Origin: Myxococcota bacterium | Lineage (GTDB): Bacteria > Myxococcota_A > UBA9042 > PHBI01 > JAWLBL01 | DNA: 64,000 bases | Assembly (NCBI GenBank): GCA_041687695.1 | Contig: JAWLBL010000009.1 | Span: 43,634-107,633, forward strand | Direction: 5' to 3' | Part shown: piece after piece, positions 9,461 through 18,657 of the stretch | Layout: each line of letters opens with the position of its first letter | Position numbering within the stretch: the stretch's first letter is position 1 | Notes under the pieces: model-generated | What the model saw: the letters and a program-made list of their open reading frames with translations, nothing else | Database searches by the model: none | What the model was told of the DNA's origin: nothing | Translations under genes and position numbers: made by a program

Positions 9461-11668
9461 GTGAGCAAGTCGTCCGTGCTGGTCATCGACACCGACGCCA
9501 AGACCCGGCAGCTGGTGGAGAAGGAGGTCGACCAGTCGCGTTGCGACGTGATCGTCGCCCACGACGTCAAGCTGGGCTTCGACGAGGTGCGCCGCCGGCG
9601 CCCCGCGCTCATCGTCGTCAACGCGGACCTGCCCAAGGGCTGGCGCCTGTGCACCGAGCTCAAGAAGAGCCCGCGCTACGCGCCCATCCCGCTGCTGCTC
9701 GTCAGCGAGAAGGCGACGTCCGAGGTCTTCGCGCAGCACCAGCGCTTGCCGACGCGCGCGGACGTCTACCTGTCCAAGCCGCTCGACTTCAAGTTCGGCC
9801 TGTCGATCGAGCAGTACCTCGACTACCAGGCGTTCGAGGCGGACGAGGACGAGACCATGCTGCTCGATCCCGAGTCGGCGCTGGTCGAGGAGGTCGAGTT
9901 CGAGCTGGGCGACTTCGAGCTGCTCGACGAGCCGTCGCCGCCGCCCACGGCCGGCCGGGACGCGGACGGGCTGCGCGCGCGGGTGACCGAGCTGGAGCGG
10001 CAGCTCCAGGCGCAGCTCGAGAGCGAGGAGGCGCGGCTGCGCGAGCAGGCCCAGGCGGGCTTCAAGCGGCTGAGCGAGCTCGAGAAGGAGCGGGACGCGG
10101 CGCGGGGCGAGCTGCGCGAGGCGCAGGCCGAGCTGGACGTGCTGCGGGCGCAGCTCGAGACGGTCGACGAGGAGCGCGGCGAGGCGGCGGAGCTGGGCGA
10201 CAAGCTGATGGCGGCCGAGCGTGAGACGGCGCGGCTGAAGGTGCGCGTCGAGGAGCTGGAGGCCGCGTCGACCAAGCTGGAGCAGGCGCGGGGCGAGGAG
10301 GCGCGGGAGCTCGAGGCGGCGCGGCAGCGGCTCGAGGCGCTGGAGATCGAGCTGGAGGCGACGGCGGAGCGGGCGCGGGTCGGCGAGGAGGCGCAGATCC
10401 GGGCCGAGGCGGCCGAGAAGGCGCTGGCCGAGGCGCGCGAGAAGGCGGCCGAGGCGGCGCGGGAGGCGGAGGCGGCGCGCGAGCTGGCGGACAACGCCGA
10501 CCAGGCGCGGGTGATGGCGGACCAGGCGACCGAGCAGGCCGAGGCCAAGGCGGCCGAGGCGCAGGCGGCGCGTGAGGAGGCCGCGAGCCGGGCGAGCGAG
10601 GCCGAGGCGGCGCGCGAGGAGCTGGCGGGTGAGCTGGCCGAGCAGACGCGGCTGCGCGAGGAGGCCGAGGCGCGGGCCGAGGAGGCCGGGCGGGCGGCGG
10701 ACGCGAGCCGGGCCGAGGCGCAGGCGGCGAGCGAGCGGGCCGAGCAGGCCGAGGCGCAGGCGGTGGCGGCGGAGGCGCAGCGGCTCGAGGCGGTGGCGCA
10801 GGCCGAGGCGGCGGCCGAGGCGCAGCAGGCGGCCGAGGCGCGGGCCGAGGGGGCGGTCGAGGCGCAGCAGGTCGCCGAGGCGCGGGCGACGGAGGCCGAG
10901 CAGGCGCGCGAGGCGGCGGTCGCGGAGGCGGAGGCCAAGGCCGCGCAGGCGGCCGAGTCGGTGGCGGCGGCCGAGCAGGCGCGCGACGCCGCCCAGGCGA
11001 ACGCCCAGGCGAGCGAGGAGGAGCTGGCGCACCTGCGCGAGCGCCTGGCGACGGTCGAGGACGAGCGCGACCAGGCGCGCGAGGTCATCGCCAAGCTCGA
11101 GGCCGAGGTGCGCAAGGCCAACGACCACGAGCTGGCGATGGCGCAGCACCTGGATGAGGTGCGCGAGCGCTATCAGGCCGTGCGCGAGCAGGTCAAGGTG
11201 AGCGATCTCGGGCTGCGCGAGGCGGTGGCGCAGTACCAGCTGCGCGAGCAGGCGCTGCTCGGGCTCGACGCCGACCACCGCTCGGTGCATCAGTCGACCT
11301 CCGACGCGCTCATCCGCATGGCCGAGGCGCTGCGGGACCTGGCGCTGCGGGCCGAGCAGACGATCCCGACGCCGCCCGACACCAAGAAGCTGCCCGAGTC
11401 GCCCAAGGGCGTCCCGGCGCCGCCGCAGATCCCGGATCTGCCTGGCCCGCCCGAGCGCCACGCCGGCCCGGCGCCCGCCGCAGACGCCCAGCCCGCGCCG
11501 GTCGCCCTGCCGCCCGCAGCGCCGACCGCGGTGCCGCCGCTCGAGGGCGAGGAGGAGCTGGACCTCGACCTCATCGACGAGCTGGACTCGCTCGAGGAGG
11601 AGGACGACGACGGCTCTCGCACCAGCGAGATGCCGCCCGTCCCGCCACCGGCCAGCGTCGAGAAGTAG
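9461..11668 (+). CDS. frzS: FrzS-like pseudo-receiver + long coiled-coil protein
   Basis: Receiver fold with Asn at the phospho-Asp position (LIVVNADL); FAQHQRLPTRADVYLSKPLD resembles the recalled M. xanthus FrzS segment FAQHRKLKAHADEYVAKPVD; followed by >400 aa of E/A/R coiled coil. GTG start after GAGAGG. Confidence 0.7.
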   Translation: MSKSSVLVIDTDAKTRQLVEKEVDQSRCDVIVAHDVKLGFDEVRRRRPALIVVNADLPKGWRLCTELKKSPRYAPIPLLLVSEKATSEVFAQHQRLPTRADVYLSKPLDFKFGLSIEQYLDYQAFEADEDETMLLDPESALVEEVEFELGDFELLDEPSPPPTAGRDADGLRARVTELERQLQAQLESEEARLREQAQAGFKRLSELEKERDAARGELREAQAELDVLRAQLETVDEERGEAAELGDKLMAAERETARLKVRVEELEAASTKLEQARGEEARELEAARQRLEALEIELEATAERARVGEEAQIRAEAAEKALAEAREKAAEAAREAEAARELADNADQARVMADQATEQAEAKAAEAQAAREEAASRASEAEAAREELAGELAEQTRLREEAEARAEEAGRAADASRAEAQAASERAEQAEAQAVAAEAQRLEAVAQAEAAAEAQQAAEARAEGAVEAQQVAEARATEAEQAREAAVAEAEAKAAQAAESVAAAEQARDAAQANAQASEEELAHLRERLATVEDERDQAREVIAKLEAEVRKANDHELAMAQHLDEVRERYQAVREQVKVSDLGLREAVAQYQLREQALLGLDADHRSVHQSTSDALIRMAEALRDLALRAEQTIPTPPDTKKLPESPKGVPAPPQIPDLPGPPERHAGPAPAADAQPAPVALPPAAPTAVPPLEGEEELDLDLIDELDSLEEEDDDGSRTSEMPPVPPPASVEK

Positions 11669-11728
11669 GCGCCCCGCGCTCGGGCCGCGGCCGCTACCGA
11701 GGCGGCGCCGCCGCGGCCTCGCGCGGGG

Positions 11729-12952
11729 TCAGCGGCCGGTCTTGTTCAGGATCTGCTTGGCGAAGCGCGCGACGAAGGCGGGCACGTCCTTGGCGCGCGC
11801 CAGGTTCTGCACGTCGCGGTGGCGCAGGCTGCGCAGGAAGGTCATCGCCTGCGCCGGCGGGCACTTGGGGTTCTTCACCAGCGACAGGCGCACGTTGTAG
11901 TTCTTCGTCCACTCGCGCGTGCGGGCGATGAGGCGGACGATGTCCTCGCCGATGGCCTTGTTCATGGCGAAGGTCGCGATCTCTTTTTCGGTGATGCGCG
12001 GGCTGCGCAGCACGGCCATCGCCACCACGCGCTTGGGATCGCGGACCAGCAGGCTGCGGACGCCGGCGTCGCCCATCATGGCGAGGCGCACCTTCTGGGC
12101 GACCGACATCTCGCCGATGAGCGCCCACAGGGCCTGCTTCTTCTGGTCGTCGGGCAGCTCGCCCGCCTCGCCAGCCCCGGTGCCCTCGCGGAGCAGGTTC
12201 TCGAGGAGGCCCTCGTCGATGCCTTCCTTGTCGGGTTCTTCGTCCGCGTCGACGGCGTCCTTGTCGGCCTGCTCGGCCTCGAGCTCGAGCTCCTCCAGGC
12301 CCTCTTCGTCGACCTCGGGCTCTTCCAGCTCGGCCTGCTCGGCCGGCGTCGGGCCCCGGACCTGGGCCAGCATCTTCTTGTGGTCGGGGAAGAAGGCCTC
12401 GGCCATCGAGCGGAAGCCGACCACGCCCGAGGTGTCGACGCCCGAGCGCAAGGCCGTCTCGATGACCGGCGCGAGCAGCGGGGTCGGGGTCGCCGGGTTG
12501 GCGATGAGGGCCTCGATGATCTTGGGCTCTTCGATGTAGCGCCGCTGGTTCTGCGCGATGGTCTGCAGGATCTCGCCACGCAGCCCCCGGGCCATCCAGC
12601 GGACGGTCTCGTTGTAGGTCGCGGGGTTACGGACCAGCTGCCCGAGGATGGCGCCGTCCTCGTGGAAGACGTGGGCGAACACGTCGAGCACGGCCGGCGG
12701 CAGGGCCGAGGCGGTCAGCTCCTTGATGACGCCGGGCGGCAGGCCGCGCAGCGACTCGGTCGCGGCCTGGGCGATCTCGGCGTTGGGGTCGCGCACCAGC
12801 ACGCCCAACATGACGCCCAGCTTGTCGGGCGGCAGCGGCAGGAGCGCCTTGGCGATGGCGCTCTTGATCTTCTCGGGGCCCTCCGGACCGACGCGCGGCC
12901 GGATGTCTTCGGGGATGGCCTCGACGGGGATCGCCTGACCGGAGATGAACAT
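11729..12952 (-). CDS. Conserved deltaproteobacterial hypothetical protein (helical-repeat, LRV/HEAT-like)
   Basis: ATG 12952 with GAGG RBS; C-terminal motif MSVAQKVRLAMMGD..RSLLVRDP..V..AVL.SP..T..E...A..K...LVKNPKCP. Confidence 0.75.
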   Translation of the reverse strand: MFISGQAIPVEAIPEDIRPRVGPEGPEKIKSAIAKALLPLPPDKLGVMLGVLVRDPNAEIAQAATESLRGLPPGVIKELTASALPPAVLDVFAHVFHEDGAILGQLVRNPATYNETVRWMARGLRGEILQTIAQNQRRYIEEPKIIEALIANPATPTPLLAPVIETALRSGVDTSGVVGFRSMAEAFFPDHKKMLAQVRGPTPAEQAELEEPEVDEEGLEELELEAEQADKDAVDADEEPDKEGIDEGLLENLLREGTGAGEAGELPDDQKKQALWALIGEMSVAQKVRLAMMGDAGVRSLLVRDPKRVVAMAVLRSPRITEKEIATFAMNKAIGEDIVRLIARTREWTKNYNVRLSLVKNPKCPPAQAMTFLRSLRHRDVQNLARAKDVPAFVARFAKQILNKTGR

Positions 12953-13032
12953 GCAACCTCGCTTGCACCCTGGACTTCGGGCGCATGCTAGCGCCTGTGC
13001 ATGCAGCCGTACAGGGCCGGCCAGGTCGCAGG

Positions 13033-13836
13033 TCAGGCCGGCTGGGCCTCGAGGTGCCGCCGGTAGATGAGGCGCAGCCCGTCGAGGGTCAGGAAGGACT
13101 CGACCACCTCGATGTGGCGCGACTCGGGCGCGATGAGGTTGGCGAGTCCGCCCGTGGCCACGACCTTCATGGGCCGCTCGGGCCAGTCGGCCAGGATGCG
13201 GTCGACCACGCCGTCGACCAGTCCGATGTAGCCGTAGAAGATGCCCGACTGCATGCTGGCGACGGTGCCCTTGCCGACGGCGCTGGCCGGCTTGACGATC
13301 TCCACCCGGGGCAGCTTGGCGGCGTGCTGGAACAGGGCGTCCAGGCTGATGCGCAGGCCGGGCGCGATGACGCCGCCCTCGTAGGCGCCGGCCGCGCTGA
13401 CGACGTCGAAGGTGGTCGCCGTGCCCAGGTCGACCACGATGCAGGCGCACCGGTAGCGCGACCAGGCCGCGACCGCGTTGACGATGCGGTCGGCGCCCAC
13501 CTCGAGCGGGTTGTCGATGTGGATGGGCATGCCGGTGTCGAGATCCGGCCCGACGAAGAGCGGCTCGACGTTGAAGTAGCGCTGGCAGGCGCGGCGCGTG
13601 GCGTGGACCATCGGCGGCACGACCGAGGCGCACACGGCGGCCGAGATGGTCGCCGGATCGATGCCGCGGGCCGACAGCAGGCTGAGGTACAGCACGCCCA
13701 GCTCGTCGGTCGTGGCCAGGCGGTTGGTGCCGATGCGCCAGTGGTCGATGAGCTCGTCGCCGTCGTACAGGCCGATGACCGTGTTGGTGTTGCCGACGTC
13801 GATGACCAGCAGCAGGCCGCCAGGACTAGCGCTCAC
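13033..13836 (-). CDS. coaX: Type III pantothenate kinase
   Basis: LLLVIDVGNTN, ASVVP, VGADRIVN, VVDLGTATTFD, GGVIAPG, VVATGG. Confidence 0.95.
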   Translation of the reverse strand: MSASPGGLLLVIDVGNTNTVIGLYDGDELIDHWRIGTNRLATTDELGVLYLSLLSARGIDPATISAAVCASVVPPMVHATRRACQRYFNVEPLFVGPDLDTGMPIHIDNPLEVGADRIVNAVAAWSRYRCACIVVDLGTATTFDVVSAAGAYEGGVIAPGLRISLDALFQHAAKLPRVEIVKPASAVGKGTVASMQSGIFYGYIGLVDGVVDRILADWPERPMKVVATGGLANLIAPESRHIEVVESFLTLDGLRLIYRRHLEAQPA

Positions 13837-14588
13837 GCGGGCTCCTCGGGGGTGATCTCGCCGGCGCGCACCGTCGTCGGGGCGGCGGCGCCGTCGGCCA
13901 GGACCAGCAGGCCGCCGTCGTGGGCGACGCCCTGCACGACGCCCGCGACCACGCCGTCGGCGGGGTCGACGAAGCGGACGCGCTGTCCCCGCTGGGCGAA
14001 CCAGCGCTGGTAGGCCGCCAGGTCGGGCGCGCCGGTGGCCTCGAAGCCGGCCAGCTTCTGACGCAGGCGGGCGGCGACGCGCAGGGCGACGTCCTCGGGA
14101 TCGAAGGCCTGTCCCGCCTCGACGTCCAGGCTGGTCGCGATGGGCCGCAGCGCGTCGGGCAGGTCGGCCGGTCGCAGCGCCACGTTGACGCCGACGCCCA
14201 CGATGGCGACGGCCTGGCCGTGCGGCGCGTCGGTGACCAGCTCGGTCAGGACGCCGGCGACCTTGCGGCCCCCCAGCTGCACGTCGTTGGGCCACTTCAG
14301 CGCGGGCTCGAGGCCCAGGTCGGCGATCACGTCGGCGATGGCGGTCCCGGCGTCCAGGGTCAGCCCGGCCAGCGCCTCGGGGCGGTGCCGCGACTGATGC
14401 ACGTAGGACAGAAAGACGTTGCCCTCGGGCGAGAACCAGTGGCGCCCCAGCCGCCCGCGCCCGCCGGTCTGCCGACGCGCCAGGACCACGGTGCCGTCGG
14501 GCGCGCCCTGCCCCACCAGCCGACGCGCCTCGTCGTTGGTCGAGGCCAGCTCGTCGTAGCGGTGGACCGGGCCGAGCGTGGCGCTCAC
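13833..14588 (-). CDS. birA: Biotin--[acetyl-CoA-carboxylase] ligase (no N-terminal HTH)
   Basis: STND, QTGGRGRLGRHWFSP, KWPND, KVAGVL, VGVGVNV. Confidence 0.93.
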   Translation of the reverse strand: MSATLGPVHRYDELASTNDEARRLVGQGAPDGTVVLARRQTGGRGRLGRHWFSPEGNVFLSYVHQSRHRPEALAGLTLDAGTAIADVIADLGLEPALKWPNDVQLGGRKVAGVLTELVTDAPHGQAVAIVGVGVNVALRPADLPDALRPIATSLDVEAGQAFDPEDVALRVAARLRQKLAGFEATGAPDLAAYQRWFAQRGQRVRFVDPADGVVAGVVQGVAHDGGLLVLADGAAAPTTVRAGEITPEEPA

Positions 14589-15427
14589 GCCAGGATCTCG
14601 AGCGAGAGATCCGCCGCCGGCGCCGAGTGGGTCAGGGCCCCGACGCTGAGGAAGTCCACGCCGGTCTCGGCGACCTCGCGCAGGCGCGCCAGGGTCAGGT
14701 TGCCGCTGGCCTCGAGCAGCACCGGGCGGCCCGAGGCGCGCACGCGGCGGACGGCGTCGGCCATCATCGCGGTCGACATGTTGTCGAGCAGGATGATGTC
14801 GGCCCCGGCGGCGACGGCCTCGTCGACCTGCTGCAGGGTCGTGGCCTCGACCTCGATCTTGAGCAGGTGAGGCGCGCGCTCGCGGGCGCGGGTGACGGCG
14901 GCGGTGAGCGACCCGCAGGCGGCGATGTGGTTGTCCTTGATGAGGACGCCCGAGTCGAGGCCGAAGCGGTGGTTGGCCCCGCCGCCGGCGGCGACGGCGG
15001 CCTTCTGCATCAGGCGCATGCCGGGGGTGGTCTTGCGGGTGTCGGTCACGCGCGCGCCGGTGCCGGCGACGGCGTCGACGTACTGGCGGGTCACCGTGGC
15101 GGTGCCGCACAGCCGCTGCAGGATGTTGAGCGCGGTGCGTTCGCCGGCCAGCAGCGAGCGCGTGGGGCCGTCGAGCTCGGCGACGCGGGTGCCGGGCGCG
15201 ACCTGGGCGCCCTCGGCGGCCAGCGCCGTGACGGTGACGGCCGGGTCGAGCAGCGCGAAGACGCGGGAGAAGAAGGGCAGGCCGGCCAGGACGAGGGGCG
15301 CCTTGGCGACCACCTCGGCGCGCCCGTGGGCGTCGGCCGGGATGGTGGCGAGCGTCGTCTGGTCGCCGGTGCCGAGGTCCTCGTCGAGGGCGAGGCGGAT
15401 GAGGGCGTCGACTTGGGTGCTGATCAC
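14585..15427 (-). CDS. nadC: Nicotinate-nucleotide pyrophosphorylase (quinolinate phosphoribosyltransferase)
   Basis: ALDEDL, ERTALN, TDTRKTTPG, HRFGL, LIKDNH, LLDNM, EASGN, SVGALTHS. Start is GTG 15427 or TTG 15442. Confidence 0.95.
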   Translation of the reverse strand: MISTQVDALIRLALDEDLGTGDQTTLATIPADAHGRAEVVAKAPLVLAGLPFFSRVFALLDPAVTVTALAAEGAQVAPGTRVAELDGPTRSLLAGERTALNILQRLCGTATVTRQYVDAVAGTGARVTDTRKTTPGMRLMQKAAVAAGGGANHRFGLDSGVLIKDNHIAACGSLTAAVTRARERAPHLLKIEVEATTLQQVDEAVAAGADIILLDNMSTAMMADAVRRVRASGRPVLLEASGNLTLARLREVAETGVDFLSVGALTHSAPAADLSLEILA

Positions 15428-15555
15428 GGCCGGGTCATACAACGCCGGGCCGCGCCGGGCAAGGCGGCGCGCGTGTGTGGCGGTACAACCGCCGGTTGTG
15501 GACCTGGCGCCAGCGACCGGTTGACAAGGGACGGCCAGCGCGATCCTATCTCGGC

Positions 15556-16869
15556 ATGACGGCCAAGAACTTCATCCTCGACACCAACGTGCTCCTCCAC
15601 GACCCGCAGGCCATCTTCGGGTTCGGGGACAACACGGTGTGCATCCCCATCGTGGTCATCGAGGAGGTGGACACCTTCAAGAAGGACGCCACCGAGCTCG
15701 GCCGCAACGCGCGCGAGGTCACGCGCCAGATCGACGCCATGCGCCAGACCGGCAGCCTGACCGACGGCGTCGCCATGCCCAGCGGCGGCAAGCTGCGCGT
15801 CGTGCTGACCAACCGCGATCTGCCGCGCGGCCACCGCATCAGCCACCAGGCCGACAACCGCATCATCGCGACCGCGCTCTTCATCAAGGAGACCGAGCCC
15901 GACAAGCCGGCCATCTTCGTCACCCTCGACACCAACCTGCGCATCCGGGCCAACGCCCTGGGCCTGCACGCCGAGGACTACGACCCCGAGGCCATCACCC
16001 TCGACGAGCTCTACCCGGGCGTCACCGGCGTCGAGATGCCCCCCGGCTCGGTCTCGGCCCTGTTCGAGGCCGGCTGGCTGCCCCTGCCCGAGCCGGAGGG
16101 CAACGAGAAGTACTACGAGAACGAGTACGTGATGGTCGCCGACGGGCGCGCCACCGCCCTCGGCCGCATCGTGCTGTCGCAGCAGCGCATCGAGCTGACG
16201 ACCCGCTTCAAGGACGCCATCTTCGGCATCAAGCCCCGAAACCGCGAGCAGCACTTCGCCCTCGACGCCTGCCTGCGCGACGACATCAAGCTCGTCACCC
16301 TCATCGGCAAGGCGGGCACGGGCAAGACGCTGATGGCGCTGGCGGCCGGCCTCCACCGCGTCACCGAGGAGGGCAGCTACCAGAAGCTGCTGGTCTCGCG
16401 CCCCATCTTCCCCATGGGCCGCGACATCGGCTACCTGCCCGGCGCCGTCGACGAGAAGCTGCGCCCCTGGATGCAGCCCATCCACGACAACGTCGAGTAC
16501 CTGATGGGGCTGACACCGAAGAAGTCGGCCTCGCGCGGCGCCCAGGAGCTCATCGGCAAGGGCGTGTTGGAGATCGAGCCGCTGACCTACATCCGCGGGC
16601 GCTCGATTCCGCAGCAGTACATGATCGTCGACGAGGCGCAGAACCTGACGCCGCACGAGATCAAGACCATCCTGACCCGCGCCGGCGAGGGCACCAAGGT
16701 CGTGCTGACCGGGGACCCGCAGCAGATCGACAACCCGTACGTGGACTCGGTCTCGAACGGGCTGACCTACATCGTGCAGCGGTTCAAGGGGCAGCCCATC
16801 GCGGCGACGGTGACGCTGAGCAAGGGCGAGCGGAGCCCGCTGGCGGAGCTGGCGGCGAACCTGCTGTAG
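15556..16869 (+). CDS. phoH: PIN-PhoH (PhoH2/YlaK-like) ATPase
   Basis: N-terminal PIN (ILDTNVLLHDP, DNRI), then GKAGTGKT, IGYLPG, YIRGRS, DEAQN, TGDPQQID. Confidence 0.92.
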   Translation: MTAKNFILDTNVLLHDPQAIFGFGDNTVCIPIVVIEEVDTFKKDATELGRNAREVTRQIDAMRQTGSLTDGVAMPSGGKLRVVLTNRDLPRGHRISHQADNRIIATALFIKETEPDKPAIFVTLDTNLRIRANALGLHAEDYDPEAITLDELYPGVTGVEMPPGSVSALFEAGWLPLPEPEGNEKYYENEYVMVADGRATALGRIVLSQQRIELTTRFKDAIFGIKPRNREQHFALDACLRDDIKLVTLIGKAGTGKTLMALAAGLHRVTEEGSYQKLLVSRPIFPMGRDIGYLPGAVDEKLRPWMQPIHDNVEYLMGLTPKKSASRGAQELIGKGVLEIEPLTYIRGRSIPQQYMIVDEAQNLTPHEIKTILTRAGEGTKVVLTGDPQQIDNPYVDSVSNGLTYIVQRFKGQPIAATVTLSKGERSPLAELAANLL

Positions 16870-16892
16870 CGGAGAGCTTGGGAGGCTGGCGG

Positions 16893-17373
16893 GCCCGCGC
16901 GAGCGCGGGCGATCCGACGAGCCCGCGCGAGCGCGGGCGCTCCAACGACTCTGACCGCCGGCCCTGGGATCGCCGGCTTCCAGCCGGCCCGGGAGGGTCG
17001 CGATCCCGTGCGCCGCGAGCGGCGCGATCCGACGAGCCCGCGCGAGCGCGGGCGATCCTGCAGCCTGCGACCTCCGCCCTGGGATCGCCGCGTTCCAGGC
17101 CATGGCGTATCGATGCTGGCGGAGGCGGCTCGGAGTGCTCCGGCTTGCCGGAGCCCCGGCCCCGGCGGCTTGCCGCCGGGATCTGGCCGCCACACCCGGC
17201 GCAGCAAGCTGCGCCGAATCAGGGCTCCAGCAAGCTGGAGCACTCCGGTAAGGCTCGTGCGACAGCCGCTTGCCGTCGGCCCGGGAGGGTCGCGGACCCG
17301 TGCGCCGCGAGCGGAGCGATCCGACGAGCCCGCGCGAGCGCGGGCGATCCGACGAGCCCGCGCGAGCGCGGGC
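16893..17373. repeat. REP/BIME-like cluster of GCCCGCGC-GA-GCGCGGGC hairpins
   Basis: Five copies (16893, 16921, 17036, 17328, 17356), four preceded by GATCCGACGA; ~74-bp near-identical direct repeat at ~16985-17058 and ~17277-17350; lies between convergent genes. Confidence 0.85.
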
Positions 17374-17397
17374 ACTCCGAGAGGCGGAAGAGGGACG

Positions 17398-18654
17398 TCA
17401 GTCCTCGTCCTCGGGGTCGCAGGGGTCGCCCATGCAGACGCCCATGGCGCGCGCGGCGGCGACCAGCGGGTCGCGGTCGACGTCGACGAAGTGGCTCTCG
17501 AGCGCCGCCGCCAGGGGCACCGCCGCCGGGCCGCCGTGGCGCCAGGCCGACATCGCCCCGAACTCGCCCCGCGCCGCCATGTCCACGGCGAAGCTGCCGC
17601 AAGCGCTGGCGATGATGCGGTCCTCGGCCAGCGGGGTGCCGCCACGCTGGACGTGGCCCAGCACGACGACGCGCACCTCGGGGGCCTCGTCGGGCCACTC
17701 GCCCCGCGCCCGGGTCGCCTCGGCCTCGCGCTTGCTGAAGGCCTCGAGCTCGCGCCGCAGGCGCTCGCCGGCCCCGCCCAGCACGGGCAAGCCGGCCGGG
17801 TGCTCGCGGGTCTCGGCCACCGCGTGCTCGCCGCCGATGGGCTTGGCGCCCTCGCTGATGACCACCAGGCTGAACTTGCGGTGCTTGCTGAAGCGGTCGT
17901 TGACGCGCCGCCACACCGCCTCGGCGTCGTAGGGGCGCTCGGGCAGCAGGATGGCGTGGGCGCCGCCCGCGACGCCTGCGTGCAGCGCGATCCAGCCGGC
18001 GTAGCGGCCCATCACCTCGAGCACCAGCACCCGGTCGTGGCTGTCCGCCGTCGTGCGCAGCCGGTCGAGCGCGTCGCAGGCGACCTGGACGGCCGTCTTG
18101 AAGCCGAAGGTCGCCTCGGTCGCCGCCAGATCGAAGTCGATGGTCTTGGGGACGCCGACCACCGGCACCTTGTGCTGCTCGAAGAAGGCCCGCGCCATCC
18201 CCAGCGTGCCGTCGCCGCCGATGCACAGCAGGCCTGCCAGGTTCAGCTCGCGCATGGTCCGCACGGCCTCGGCCGAGCGGTCGCGGGTGACGATCTGGCC
18301 GGCCTCGTCGCGGACCGGGAAGCCACGCTCGTCGCGCACGATCATCTGGAAGGGGTTGCCGCGGTTGGCGGTGCCCAAGACCGTGCCGCCCTGGGTCAGG
18401 ATGCCCTGGACGTAGTCCTCGGTCAGCGTCACCCAGCCGGGCTCACCCTCGCGCGGGCCGCCGAACAGGCCGTTGAAGCCGTCGACGAAGCCGACGACCT
18501 CCATGCCGTACTTACGGATGGCGGTCAGCGTGGCCCCGCGGATGGCCGCGTTGAGCCCCGGGGAGTCGCCGCCGCCGGTCAGGATGCCCAGGCGCTTGCC
18601 CTGCAGGCCGCCGCCCTTGTGGCAGCGGCTCGGTCCGTCGGTCAGCAGGCCCAT
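17398..18654 (-). CDS. pfkA: 6-phosphofructokinase (PfkA family)
   Basis: TGGGDSPGLN, GGTVLGT, IGGDG, PKTID, EVMGR, LGHVQRGG. The true start may be slightly downstream. Confidence 0.92.
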   Translation of the reverse strand: MGLLTDGPSRCHKGGGLQGKRLGILTGGGDSPGLNAAIRGATLTAIRKYGMEVVGFVDGFNGLFGGPREGEPGWVTLTEDYVQGILTQGGTVLGTANRGNPFQMIVRDERGFPVRDEAGQIVTRDRSAEAVRTMRELNLAGLLCIGGDGTLGMARAFFEQHKVPVVGVPKTIDFDLAATEATFGFKTAVQVACDALDRLRTTADSHDRVLVLEVMGRYAGWIALHAGVAGGAHAILLPERPYDAEAVWRRVNDRFSKHRKFSLVVISEGAKPIGGEHAVAETREHPAGLPVLGGAGERLRRELEAFSKREAEATRARGEWPDEAPEVRVVVLGHVQRGGTPLAEDRIIASACGSFAVDMAARGEFGAMSAWRHGGPAAVPLAAALESHFVDVDRDPLVAAARAMGVCMGDPCDPEDED

Positions 18655-18657
18655 CGG

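Noticed and set aside
9960..11100. DNA repeat or mobile element within the frzS-like gene
   Set aside because: The repetitiveness reflects E/A/R-rich coiled-coil coding, not a discrete element.
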